Below are positions 19,354 to 29,097 of a stretch of 48,898 bases of DNA, one piece after another. The stretch comes from Alphaproteobacteria bacterium (lineage in GTDB: Bacteria > Pseudomonadota > Alphaproteobacteria > Rs-D84): positions 1-48,898 of the forward strand of contig JAGCYJ010000009.1 of NCBI GenBank assembly GCA_017960855.1, in the 5' to 3' direction. The number at the start of each line of letters is the position of its first letter. The stretch's first letter is position 1. Made by a program: the position numbers and the translations under genes. The notes under the pieces are model-generated. The model saw nothing but the letters and a program-made list of their open reading frames with translations, had not been told where the DNA came from and ran no database searches.

Positions 19354-20058
19354 ATGGAATTGCTGATCAAAGGTTCAACGGAATTAAACAAAATGTTTAT
19401 GGCGTTGCAACGTACGGCAACCGGTTTGCGCCACGATTTTGGTGAGGTAGAAAATTTACAGCAATCTTTGCGCGGTGCGCGTGACTTTGTACAAAAGGCA
19501 GAGGCGCGTATAGAAGAAAGCATCTTGTCTGATTTGATGCTGGTTCGTCCGAACGCAGGATTGTTGACCCCAAATGTGTCGCGTGCCGGTGACGGACGCG
19601 ATGAATTTGTTTTAGCATTGTCGGGTGCGGCAAATTTTGTTCGTGCCAATCCTCATTTCGCAATTTCTTTGGCGCTGCGCACAAATGATGAAACGCAAAT
19701 CGCGCTTGTTTATTCGCCAATTGATGAACGTTTATATTATGCGGAAAATGGTCGTGGTGCATATGCTTTTTCAGCATTTCATTCTGCGCGGGTCAAGGTT
19801 TCTAATTTAAAAGACGATGCCGATTTAACGATTGCGTATAATACAACAGATAATCGCAAGACGGTTGGTGATGTTCGTTGCACCGGTTGCCCGGCACTTG
19901 ATTTAGCATGGGTTGCGTCGGGCAAGTTTGATGGGTTCGTATCTGAACCACTTGATTTTGCAGAAATTGCCGCCGGTGAATTATTGGTTCGCGAAGCTGG
20001 CGGAAAAATAGAAATGGGCGCAGATTTAATTGCGACCAACGGTCATATTGAATTATAA
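19354..20058 (+). CDS. suhB: Inositol monophosphatase/SuhB-family protein with degenerate active site
   Basis: L.HDFGEVENLQ N-terminus, NFVRANPHFAISLAL, R.TGCPALDLAWVASGKFDGF, IAAG.LLVREAGG; metal-binding motifs absent. Confidence 0.8.
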   Translation: MELLIKGSTELNKMFMALQRTATGLRHDFGEVENLQQSLRGARDFVQKAEARIEESILSDLMLVRPNAGLLTPNVSRAGDGRDEFVLALSGAANFVRANPHFAISLALRTNDETQIALVYSPIDERLYYAENGRGAYAFSAFHSARVKVSNLKDDADLTIAYNTTDNRKTVGDVRCTGCPALDLAWVASGKFDGFVSEPLDFAEIAAGELLVREAGGKIEMGADLIATNGHIEL

Positions 20059-20061
20059 AAT

Positions 20062-20084
20062 GTCGCCCATTTGGGCGATTTTTT
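20062..20084 (+). terminator. Intrinsic terminator after rpmE-suhB
   Basis: GTCGCCC-attt-GGGCGAT + T run. Confidence 0.8.
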
Positions 20085-20131
20085 GTTTTTATTTGCAAAG
20101 AATAAATATTTGTCTTAAACTTTGTTTCATC

Positions 20132-22171
20132 ATGAAATTAAGAAAAGTTCTGCGTATTTTATTGCATGTCGTGTTTTGGTGCTTTACAGCCGGTATTGCG
20201 GCATTGGCGGCATTGATTTTTATTTATGGAAATGATTTACCTGACTATCGTAAATTGGCAACTTATGCGCCACCGGTTGCGACACGTCTGTACGCAGCGG
20301 ATGGTTCTTTGTTGATTGAATATGCCGAAGAACGTCGTGTGTTTATTGATTATGATGATATGCCGGCACAATTAGTCAATGCGTTTGTCGCTGCCGAAGA
20401 TCAGAATTTCTGGACGCACCCTGGTATTGATGTTCAGGGGATAATCCGTGCGTTAATAAACAATGGGGCGCATGCACTGGGGTTCAATGCGAACTTTTCG
20501 GGTGCTTCAACAATTACGCAACAGGTTGCAAAAAACTTCTTCCTTACATCGGAACGCAGTGTGTCGCGTAAAATTAAAGAGGCAATTTTGGCACTGCGTT
20601 TAGAACGCACTTTTTCCAAGAAACATATTTTAACACTTTATATGAACGAAATATTCTTGGGCGCGCGTGCATATGGTGTTGGTTCGGCTGCGTTGATGTA
20701 TTTTAACAAGCCGGTTGCAAATTTGTCTTTGTCTGAATGTGCGTTTTTGGCGTCCCTGCCAAAGGCACCAAATGATCGTGCGCGTGCGGTTGAACGTCGG
20801 AACTATGTTTTACGTCGCATGATGGAAGAAGGATATATAACACGTGAAGAAATGACAGCGGCGGCCGCCGAAGAATTGAATATCAACAGCGGTTTTACCG
20901 AACAAATGGCACCAGAGTTCCAATATTTTGCCGAAGATGTTCGTCGCCAGTTGTTAAATACTTTGGGACGCGATGTGTTGTATAACCAAGGACTATATAT
21001 CAAAACAACAATCAATCCAGATTTGCAACGTGCCGCAGCCGCCGCGTTGAACAAGGAATTGGATGCATATAATGCCGGTCGTACCGATAAACTTCAGGGC
21101 GCGATTATTGCAATGAATCCGCATACTGGACGCGTGTTGGCAATGACGGGGGGGCGCAGTTTTTCAGAAAGTTCATTTAATCGTGCAACCCAAGCATATC
21201 GCCAGATTGGCAGTACGATTAAACCATTTGTATATTTGGCGGCACTGGAACGTGGTTATTCGCCAGAAACATTGTTGTTGGATGCCCCGATTGTCGGTAT
21301 TCGCGAAAGTGGCATGGAATGGAAACCTGAAAATTATGATAAAAAGTTCTTAGGCGAGATTCCGTTGCGTTTGTCATTGGAAACATCGCGTAATGTTCCA
21401 ACCGTGCGTCTTGCACAACAGATTGGTCCAGAAAACGCGATTGAAATGGCGCAACGTTTCGGTGTCTATCCTGCGGATTTGCAGAACATAAATGTCGCAA
21501 TGGCATTGGGTGCGGGTGAAACAACGCTGGAAAAATTGGTGTTGGGTTATTCCGCATTTATCAACGGTGGTCATGTTATTAAACCGCAATTGGTTGATTA
21601 TATCCAGGATCGCTATGGCCGTTCAATTGGTGGTAACAAGGTCGAATTGGTGGAATGGACACCTGATTCTGTGCCGCCAGAGGTGACAGAAGTGGCGCAG
21701 CCGCTTGCAGATGCTCAGAGTTTGTATCAAATAGTGTCTATTTTACAGGGTGCGGTTGAACGTGGAACCGGACGCCAAGCGCGGGTAGAGGGGCATACAA
21801 TAGCGGGGAAAACTGGAACCACGAATGATGTAAAAGACATTTGGTTTATCGGGTTTTCTAAAAATATGATTGCAGGTGTGTATTTGGGTTACGATACGCC
21901 AAAACCGCTGGCCAAGGGTGCCGGCAGTCATATGGCCGCACGTGTGTTTGCGGACTTTATGCGGGTCGCGCTGGAAAATGAAAAGAATCAGCCGTTCCCG
22001 ATACCAGATGGTTTGTCTTTTGTTCGGGTAAATCGTCGCAGTGGTGCGGCGGCATCTGTTGATCCAGATGGTACAATTATTACCGAAGTGTTCAAAGTTG
22101 GGCAGAAACCCAATCCAGCACCAAGTCGCAACACGATGGACAGCAGTCCAGTCATGGGCGGTGTATTTTAA
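20132..22171 (+). CDS. mrcA: Class A penicillin-binding protein PBP1A
   Basis: N-terminal TM, glycosyltransferase motifs AAED.NF..H.G and GASTITQQ, transpeptidase STIK, SRN, KTGT; start at 20132 follows TTGCAA-17-TAAACT promoter. Confidence 0.93.
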   Translation: MKLRKVLRILLHVVFWCFTAGIAALAALIFIYGNDLPDYRKLATYAPPVATRLYAADGSLLIEYAEERRVFIDYDDMPAQLVNAFVAAEDQNFWTHPGIDVQGIIRALINNGAHALGFNANFSGASTITQQVAKNFFLTSERSVSRKIKEAILALRLERTFSKKHILTLYMNEIFLGARAYGVGSAALMYFNKPVANLSLSECAFLASLPKAPNDRARAVERRNYVLRRMMEEGYITREEMTAAAAEELNINSGFTEQMAPEFQYFAEDVRRQLLNTLGRDVLYNQGLYIKTTINPDLQRAAAAALNKELDAYNAGRTDKLQGAIIAMNPHTGRVLAMTGGRSFSESSFNRATQAYRQIGSTIKPFVYLAALERGYSPETLLLDAPIVGIRESGMEWKPENYDKKFLGEIPLRLSLETSRNVPTVRLAQQIGPENAIEMAQRFGVYPADLQNINVAMALGAGETTLEKLVLGYSAFINGGHVIKPQLVDYIQDRYGRSIGGNKVELVEWTPDSVPPEVTEVAQPLADAQSLYQIVSILQGAVERGTGRQARVEGHTIAGKTGTTNDVKDIWFIGFSKNMIAGVYLGYDTPKPLAKGAGSHMAARVFADFMRVALENEKNQPFPIPDGLSFVRVNRRSGAAASVDPDGTIITEVFKVGQKPNPAPSRNTMDSSPVMGGVF

Positions 22172-22228
22172 TTTAATATTACGAAAAAATGTGATATAAT
22201 GTCCCCTGTTATGTATGGGGGATTTTTT

Positions 22229-22528
22229 ATGAAGAAAGTATTAGCGATATTGTTTTGTGCAACTGCATTGGTGGCATGTGGCCAAGATGATGGAATTGAA
22301 CATCAAAAATGTGGTGGATATGATGTAGAAATGCGCTTTTCCGACACGGGTGAAACAATGAATGCCAATATAAACGGTGATGAATTGGAATTGTCTAATG
22401 TTGTGTCGGCATCAGGGGCGAAATTTGCCGGAATATTGAACGATACAATCGTCGTTTTGTGGAATCAGGGCGAAAATTGGACGCTTATATTGGACGACGA
22501 CACTATTATTGAGTGCGAAAGCAAATAA
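22229..22528 (+). CDS. MliC-family lipoprotein (lysozyme-inhibitor-like)
   Basis: Lipobox LVAC; SASGAKF...LWNQG resembles the MliC SASGA.Y...W.KG motif. Confidence 0.75.
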   Translation: MKKVLAILFCATALVACGQDDGIEHQKCGGYDVEMRFSDTGETMNANINGDELELSNVVSASGAKFAGILNDTIVVLWNQGENWTLILDDDTIIECESK

Positions 22529-22582
22529 GATTTATTTTCAGATAACTTTGTGATAAAATGTCAGCATAAGAAGGAGATTTTT

Positions 22583-23671
22583 ATGCTGACTGATTTTTTT
22601 CTAGAAAAAGGTGTAAGTTTTTTTGCAAGTGGTTGGACTCAATTCGCGGGTGGTTTTGGCCTGGCGTTCTTGATAATGCTTGTCTTTGGCCGTCCATTTA
22701 TTCGTGCAATGCACGCATGGCAAAAAAAGGGTCAGCCAATAAGTGAAAATGTCCCACAATCGCATCGGGCCAAGGCGGGAACGCCGACCATGGGCGGTAT
22801 TTTGTTGGTGTTGGCCATTTTGATTTCATCTGTGTTGTTTATGCCAATGTCAAATCCGACGGGGTGGATTGCTTTGTTGGCACTGGTAATGTTCAGCATA
22901 TTGGGCTTCGTTGATGATTATAAAAAAGTTTCTTCGCAGTCGGTCAAAGCATCAAATGGGCTGAAACCATCAACACGCTTGTTTGTTGAAGCGGTCTTTG
23001 TGGTTGTTTTGGCATATTTGATAAATAAAACTATGCCAGCATATGTACCTGATTTATCGTTGGCATTTGGTTCGTGGATTGCATGGCCGTTGGGATTGTT
23101 TTATTACATATTTGCTTATTTTGTGATTTGTGGTTCGGCAAATGCGACGAATATAACCGATGGTTTGGACGGTATGCTGTCTAAATTGTATATGCCAGTT
23201 CTGGTCGTGTTGGTTGTCGCATTGTACGGCGCAACACGAATCGGGTTTATGGATACAGTTGTGTTTTTACCCGAAGCAAGCGGTCTGTACGCAGTATTGG
23301 GTGCGGCGTTTGGTGCGGTGTTGGGATTTTTATGGTTCAACGCAAAACCTGCTTCAATCTTTATGGGTGATGTCGGTTCGCTTGCGTTGGGTGGCTTTAT
23401 GGGAACGGTTGCCATGTTGTTAAAGTCAGAAATCATTATGGGCGTTGCCGCGGGAATGATGGTTTTGATTTTGTTGTCTTCATTTGTTCAAACAATGGTT
23501 TTCAAAATTACACGTATTGCAACCGGCACCGGTCGCCGTGTGTTTTTGCGTGCGCCATTACATCATCACTTTGAAGAATTGGGTTGGGTTGAAACAAAAA
23601 TTGTTGATCGATTCTTTATCTTGTCGGTGATGTTCGCAGGGTTGGCATTGGTCATATTGAAATTCGCATAA
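22583..23671 (+). CDS. mraY: Phospho-N-acetylmuramoyl-pentapeptide transferase
   Basis: K.GTPTMGG, GFVDDY, N.TDGLDG, FMGDVGSLALG, APLHHHFE; AAGGAG RBS. Confidence 0.97.
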   Translation: MLTDFFLEKGVSFFASGWTQFAGGFGLAFLIMLVFGRPFIRAMHAWQKKGQPISENVPQSHRAKAGTPTMGGILLVLAILISSVLFMPMSNPTGWIALLALVMFSILGFVDDYKKVSSQSVKASNGLKPSTRLFVEAVFVVVLAYLINKTMPAYVPDLSLAFGSWIAWPLGLFYYIFAYFVICGSANATNITDGLDGMLSKLYMPVLVVLVVALYGATRIGFMDTVVFLPEASGLYAVLGAAFGAVLGFLWFNAKPASIFMGDVGSLALGGFMGTVAMLLKSEIIMGVAAGMMVLILLSSFVQTMVFKITRIATGTGRRVFLRAPLHHHFEELGWVETKIVDRFFILSVMFAGLALVILKFA

Positions 23672-23690
23672 AGTACAGTGAGAGAATGTA

Positions 23691-24857
23691 ATGTTTAAAA
23701 TAAACAGAACCGAAGAGAGTAGATTAACCAGTTGGTATTTTGAAACAGATAGAAAATTGCTGGTTATGGTTTTGGCTATGATTTTTGTCGCTATGATTAT
23801 GGCGATATCCAGTGGTTCTGCGATGTTTGTGCGAACAATGAATATGGCACACAAAGTTCAATGGTATGATTTCTTTGTGCGTATGATTCCATTTTATGTC
23901 ATTGGTGTAATAACCATGATTGGTGTCAGTATGACCGACAAAAAGACGGTTATGCGTTTGGCATGGGCAGATATAATTGTGTTCTTTCTTCTATTGATTG
24001 GGACAGTTTTGTTTCCACACGAATGGAACCATTCACATCGTTGGTTGATGTTGCCGGGATTGCCGCGTGTTATGCCATCTGATTTGATGAAGCCAGGGTT
24101 TGTTATGGTGACCGCATGGTTTATTTCTAAAATGAAATCAATATACGAAGGCGATATGTTCAATCTGAAACGTACATTGTTCCAGGTAAAAACTTGGTCG
24201 TGGGCATGGTATTTGGCCCCGCTGGTAATCGTGTTAGCGATTCAGTTTTGGCATCCGGACTTTGGAACGATGTTGCTGTATCTGGGAACATTGTTTGTTA
24301 TGTTGTTTATGGCGGGACTGCCGGGAAAATGGGTTGCATCACTGATGGGAATTGGTGGTGGTCTGTTGATGCTGGGGGTGACATTTTTGCCACACGTGCG
24401 GGCCAGAACACTGGGGATGTTCGGCGCCGTTGATCCACGCAGCCAGATTGGATTTGCCCTGCGCGCAATTCGTAATGGTGGTTTGTTTGGTGCAGGGGAC
24501 AAGGCATACATAGTTGAAAATTTACCAATGGCAGAAAGTGATTTTATCTTGTCGGGAATATGTGAAAACTTTGGCGCAATAGTGTCCTGTGCTTTGATTG
24601 TTTTGTTGTTTGTCGTGTTTTGGCGCTTGCTGCACCAATCAAAGTATGCGCGTGATGATTTTACATCTAATGCGATTATCGGCACGGCGGCAATGTTCGG
24701 AATTCAAGTTTGCATCAATTTAGCATCAACGCTGCGTATTATGCCGGCCAAGGGTATGACATTGCCGTTCATATCACACGGGGGCAGTTCGTTTGTCGCG
24801 TATTGTTTGCTGTTCGGTATGGCATTGGCACTGATACGCGAAGATAAATGGAAATAA
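23691..24857 (+). CDS. ftsW: SEDS peptidoglycan polymerase FtsW
   Basis: RW, PSDLMKP, PDFG, SDFILS...E.FG, P.KGMTLPFIS.GGSS; between mraY and murG. Confidence 0.9.
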   Translation: MFKINRTEESRLTSWYFETDRKLLVMVLAMIFVAMIMAISSGSAMFVRTMNMAHKVQWYDFFVRMIPFYVIGVITMIGVSMTDKKTVMRLAWADIIVFFLLLIGTVLFPHEWNHSHRWLMLPGLPRVMPSDLMKPGFVMVTAWFISKMKSIYEGDMFNLKRTLFQVKTWSWAWYLAPLVIVLAIQFWHPDFGTMLLYLGTLFVMLFMAGLPGKWVASLMGIGGGLLMLGVTFLPHVRARTLGMFGAVDPRSQIGFALRAIRNGGLFGAGDKAYIVENLPMAESDFILSGICENFGAIVSCALIVLLFVVFWRLLHQSKYARDDFTSNAIIGTAAMFGIQVCINLASTLRIMPAKGMTLPFISHGGSSFVAYCLLFGMALALIREDKWK

Positions 24858-24872
24858 CAATAGGGGGCTGTG

Positions 24873-25919
24873 ATGAAAATATTGATTGCAACAGGTGGAA
24901 CGGGTGGACATGTGTATCCTGCGCTGGCGGTTGCCGAAGAATTGGCATCACGCGGGCATAAAATAATCATATCGTGCGACGGTCGTGTTGATAAAATGGT
25001 GCGTGACGGAAAACCGGCTGGCGCAAAAAAGATTCATATTTGGGCTTCGGGTGTTGGCGCAAAAAGTCGCATGAATCAAATGTGGGCTTTGTTTAAAATC
25101 GCAGTGTCGGCGGCTGCGCTTACATTACGCTTTATATTTTCGCGGCCCAATCGCGTTGTTGCGTTTGGTGGATATGCGTCTGTGCCAGCGGTGTTTGCCG
25201 CGCATGTGTGGCATATCCCAACATTTTTGCATGAACAGAACGCGGCGATTGGTCGTGCGAATAAGTTTACTATGCGTTGGGTTAAAACTTTGATGACCAG
25301 TTTCCCAACCGTTGATGGTATGCCAAAGAAGTCGCCGGCGCGTGTCGTTTATACTGGTTTGCCGGTTCGTCGCGATTTTATTGAACGCGCAGGTGCAAAA
25401 TTATCGGGCAAGGGTAATTTGCTGGTGACCGGCGGTTCGCTGGGGGCGCAAATCTTGGACGAAGTTGTGCCAAACGCGATTGCAGCAATGAAAAACAAAA
25501 AGATTTTCGTCACGCATCAAACGCGTCCTGAAAATGTTGAACGGTTGCAAATGTTTTATGCCAAGCACAAGATTCACGCAAACGTGTTGTCATTTATTCG
25601 TGATATGGCGGGTGTGATTGCGGATGCTGATTTAGTAATAAGTCGTGGCGGTGCCAGCACAGTTATAGAATTGGAAACAATCGGTCGTCCGGCGATAATT
25701 GTGCCACTGGGGATAAATCCCGACCAAGCCGCCAATGCAGCGTCGTATGCACGACTGGGGGGCGGATTCGCAATTGAACAGTCAAAGTTTACAGAAAAAT
25801 GGTTGACCGCAACACTTACCGAGTTGTTTGAAAACCCGACGCGCTTGCAAAAAATGGCAAAAAAATCACTGGTTGAAAACCATGCGGTTAAACTGATTGC
25901 GGACGCGGTTGAAAAATAA
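24873..25919 (+). CDS. murG: Lipid II GlcNAc transferase
   Basis: GGTGGHVYPALA, GGYAS, HEQN, GGSLGA, SRGGAST, DQ..NA. Confidence 0.97.
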   Translation: MKILIATGGTGGHVYPALAVAEELASRGHKIIISCDGRVDKMVRDGKPAGAKKIHIWASGVGAKSRMNQMWALFKIAVSAAALTLRFIFSRPNRVVAFGGYASVPAVFAAHVWHIPTFLHEQNAAIGRANKFTMRWVKTLMTSFPTVDGMPKKSPARVVYTGLPVRRDFIERAGAKLSGKGNLLVTGGSLGAQILDEVVPNAIAAMKNKKIFVTHQTRPENVERLQMFYAKHKIHANVLSFIRDMAGVIADADLVISRGGASTVIELETIGRPAIIVPLGINPDQAANAASYARLGGGFAIEQSKFTEKWLTATLTELFENPTRLQKMAKKSLVENHAVKLIADAVEK

Positions 25920-25991
25920 TTTTTGTTGATGCATTTTGTGCTTGCCCCCGATTCGTCATTTGTTCTATGATTAGAACGGAAGGAAAGGAAT

Positions 25992-27296
25992 ATGCATCGG
26001 ATTACTGCGTCATTATTGGCGATTTTTGTGGCATCCAACGCATGGGGGGATGTTCGTTTGCCTGTTGTAAATGTTGGTGCGGCGGGGGTTTCAGCGCGCG
26101 CGGCTTTTGGGGAACCTGTGTATGAACCGGCCTATGTTTCACCGTCGGTTTCGGTTGCACCGGTGACCAAGTCACGTGTTGCGTCAACGCCAAAATCGGT
26201 CAGTACACGCAGTGTTACCGCACGTACCGCAACGAAAGCGACACCGTCTGTGGATCGTGGTGAAAAAATCGCAAGCGTTTCAGATGTTTTGATTCCGCAT
26301 CGCCCCAGTTCTGATTTGTGGGCACAAAATGATGCGCCTTTGCGTATGCCAAGCCCATCAGAGTTTTCCGTTCTGCGTTCTGATTTCGCGTTGCCCGAAG
26401 AAAGTTTAGATACATATTCGTCGGGTGAAAGATTCTTTGCGCGTAATTCTGAACCGGTGACAGCGCACGAGGCAATGAGTGAGTTTGATAATCAACTGGC
26501 AAAATTGTCTGAATTGCAACGCAGGGCGGACGAAAGTGTTGCAGCGCGTCCGTCGCAAATCGTTTCTGAACCGTTTGTGAATGTTGCCAGCAACAATGTC
26601 GTTCCACGTGAAACTAAACCGGTGGAAAAAGAAGATACAACTGTGAAATTATCGCGTTTAGTTGTGCCAATGGATAACCAAGATGTCGTTGTACGCAGTG
26701 TTGAAAAGAATACTTCGCCAACAATTGCGGCGGTGCGTAATGATATGACGAAAATGTCGCCGTCTGAATTGCGTCGCGCGTTTCGTAAAACCTTCTTGTC
26801 CGAAAATAAGCATTTATCAACATTCCAAATGGATGACCGTTTTGATGTAGCAAGTGATATGTCAAGCAGCATAGAAGGATTCACCGCTGTGCGCGATTTA
26901 TCCGAAGCAGGTGGTATTCGTCCACTGGAAATCAAAATCCGCTTCCGTAACGAAGATTCCGCGTTGTCGCGTGATAATTATACATTGTTGACCGAATATG
27001 CGTCTATTGTGGTCAGTAATCCAAAACGCGCAATTCAGGTTGCGATTCCGGAAAGTGTGACAACTAATGCCGACGATCGTAAATTGGCGGCGCGCAGATT
27101 GGCAATTATTGAACAGGTGTTGCGTGATACCGGTGTGGCAGAACAACGCGTGTTGCCGGTCTTGTCGTCACGCAATGATGATGCATTTGTATTGCGTATT
27201 ATTTCCAACGACCAATACGAAACATTGACACAACAGCAACGCAATATGTTCGGTGACAGTGTTAGCAAGAAAACATACAAAAGCATGTCCTGGTAA
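25992..27296 (+). CDS. Secreted protein with S/T/R-rich linker and degenerate C-terminal OmpA-like domain
   Basis: Signal peptide (NAWG); IRF...SALS.....LL....IQV...LAARR...I..VL...GV...R resembles OmpA_C. Confidence 0.55.
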   Translation: MHRITASLLAIFVASNAWGDVRLPVVNVGAAGVSARAAFGEPVYEPAYVSPSVSVAPVTKSRVASTPKSVSTRSVTARTATKATPSVDRGEKIASVSDVLIPHRPSSDLWAQNDAPLRMPSPSEFSVLRSDFALPEESLDTYSSGERFFARNSEPVTAHEAMSEFDNQLAKLSELQRRADESVAARPSQIVSEPFVNVASNNVVPRETKPVEKEDTTVKLSRLVVPMDNQDVVVRSVEKNTSPTIAAVRNDMTKMSPSELRRAFRKTFLSENKHLSTFQMDDRFDVASDMSSSIEGFTAVRDLSEAGGIRPLEIKIRFRNEDSALSRDNYTLLTEYASIVVSNPKRAIQVAIPESVTTNADDRKLAARRLAIIEQVLRDTGVAEQRVLPVLSSRNDDAFVLRIISNDQYETLTQQQRNMFGDSVSKKTYKSMSW

Positions 27297-27304
27297 GTTG
27301 CGAA

Positions 27305-28036
27305 ATGAAATCTGTGCGTGGTTATTTGCAAGATTTAATAAACTTTGTTTTCCCACCGTCTTGCCCGTTATGCAGTGCGCGTGTTGAAACGCACGGTGAA
27401 TTATGTGGTGATTGTTGGACTGCGTTTAATTGGATTGATGGCACAAAGTGTGTTAAATGTGGTTTTCCATTTGCATCCAGTTTTGATTTGTCGCCGAATA
27501 TGATGTGTCCAACCTGTGCGGCGGGTAAATGCGAACTGGATTTAATTCGGTCAGCATGTGTTTATGATGACGCGTCACGTGCGGCGATGTTGCCATATAA
27601 ACATGCTGGGCATATTCAGTATGCGCGTTTTATGGCGCGTGCAATGATTTGGGCTTTGCGTGATGTTGATATATCACCCGATATTGTTATGCCTGTGCCA
27701 CTTGCGTCGCGGCGTTTGTTTCAACGCGGCTATAACCAGGCGACATTGTTGGCGCGACCAATTGCGCGTGCCTTCCGTGTGCCGATGGATTTAGATTCAG
27801 TATCACGTAAATATCGTGAAAATATGGGGCACAAGACGAGCGCGCAACGTGCACAAAATGTTCATAATGTTTTTACTGTGCGCAGTCCCGATAAAATTCG
27901 TGGAAAAAAGATTTTGCTGGTTGATGATGTTATGACAACCGGCGCGACATTTAACGAACTTCGGCGTGTGTTAGTTGATGCGGGTGCAACCGCAGTTTAT
28001 GGGGTTACATTCTGCCGTGTTGCGCGCTCATCGTAA
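27305..28036 (+). CDS. comF: ComF-family protein (double zinc ribbon + PRTase fold)
   Basis: CPLC, CGDC, CVKC, CPTC; PVPL...R..QRGYNQA; LLVDDVMTTGAT. Confidence 0.93.
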   Translation: MKSVRGYLQDLINFVFPPSCPLCSARVETHGELCGDCWTAFNWIDGTKCVKCGFPFASSFDLSPNMMCPTCAAGKCELDLIRSACVYDDASRAAMLPYKHAGHIQYARFMARAMIWALRDVDISPDIVMPVPLASRRLFQRGYNQATLLARPIARAFRVPMDLDSVSRKYRENMGHKTSAQRAQNVHNVFTVRSPDKIRGKKILLVDDVMTTGATFNELRRVLVDAGATAVYGVTFCRVARSS

Positions 28037-28514
28037 ACATATTTGTAGATATAAACATTTTTTCCATTTTATGTTCTTGAGCCGCTTTTTCCTGATCAAT
28101 TATTTTGTCGGAACATTGTTTCATAAGTTTTACAAACATATTTTTCTGTGAAAGTTTATCTGTCTGATACGATTTTTTGTATATTACTTCTTCTTCAAAA
28201 TCCAAAATGAAATCCGTCATCAATATGCCGTTCTTTTCAATAAAATGGCTGGAAGTTAACGTGAACAAAGGTGTTTCGTCTGAACAAATCAAATAGTCGG
28301 CTGCTTTATCAATATCCGCTGGATTTTTTTCGTTAAAATCATCTTCCCAATCAAGCCCCATTAGTTGAACAAGTTTCAATTTAACGTCCCGGGCTGCCAG
28401 AGAGGCGTTGTACGGAATAGAATAAACGGTTTCTTGGGTATCATAGTCGTGATAAACCGAAATATATTCGGATTGTATAGATTTTTCTAAAAATGCAATC
28501 AGTAATTTGTTCAT
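28005..28514 (-). CDS. Hypothetical protein, paralog of 28530-28964
   Basis: 169 aa; shares SI...(I/V)SV....VY.IPY and C..K(I/V)I.QE motifs with its neighbour. Confidence 0.7.
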   Translation of the reverse strand: MNKLLIAFLEKSIQSEYISVYHDYDTQETVYSIPYNASLAARDVKLKLVQLMGLDWEDDFNEKNPADIDKAADYLICSDETPLFTLTSSHFIEKNGILMTDFILDFEEEVIYKKSYQTDKLSQKNMFVKLMKQCSDKIIDQEKAAQEHKMEKMFISTNMFTMSAQHGRM

Positions 28515-28529
28515 TGTGCCGCTGTTCGT

Positions 28530-28964
28530 TTAACTGTCGTGTTCCATACCTGTACGAAAAGTTTTTATCAGATTGTTTTTTAACGCAAGCCGTTCCTGGG
28601 CGATTACTTTTCGGGCGCATTTTCTTGCCGATCGTAACAATGTGTTTGGTTTAGACCGCATTTTTGGGATAATTCTGGCATATTCTGTTGCCAATAAGGT
28701 TTGCCCCAGGCGCAATTCATACTTTGCGTTCATAAAGTTATCGGCATCAATGTGTGAGTATGTGCATGTTATAGAAAAGTTGAGGGAATCAACCATTTCG
28801 TCTTCGTCCAAATTGTCGCCTACATATGGGGAAATGAACAATATTTCATCGAAAAATAGCCCATCATAGGGAATAAAATACACAACCCCTTTATCAGAAT
28901 TGACGACAGAAACCGCCTGGGTGCCTATGCTATAATCAAGAAGATAAGACAAAATCGGCTGCAT
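28530..28964 (-). CDS. Hypothetical protein, paralog of 28005-28514
   Basis: 144 aa; same shared motifs; 15-nt gap to partner. Confidence 0.7.
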   Translation of the reverse strand: MQPILSYLLDYSIGTQAVSVVNSDKGVVYFIPYDGLFFDEILFISPYVGDNLDEDEMVDSLNFSITCTYSHIDADNFMNAKYELRLGQTLLATEYARIIPKMRSKPNTLLRSARKCARKVIAQERLALKNNLIKTFRTGMEHDS

Positions 28965-29097
28965 TTAAATCACGTTTTATTCGACAAACCAGGTTTTATT
29001 GTTGCATAAAAATACCCTTTGTCAAGGGCGTGTATGTTTTCTTGCCTTTTCGTTTTTATTTGCTAGAATTGCGCGTAATAGTTCAAAAGGTCAAGAT

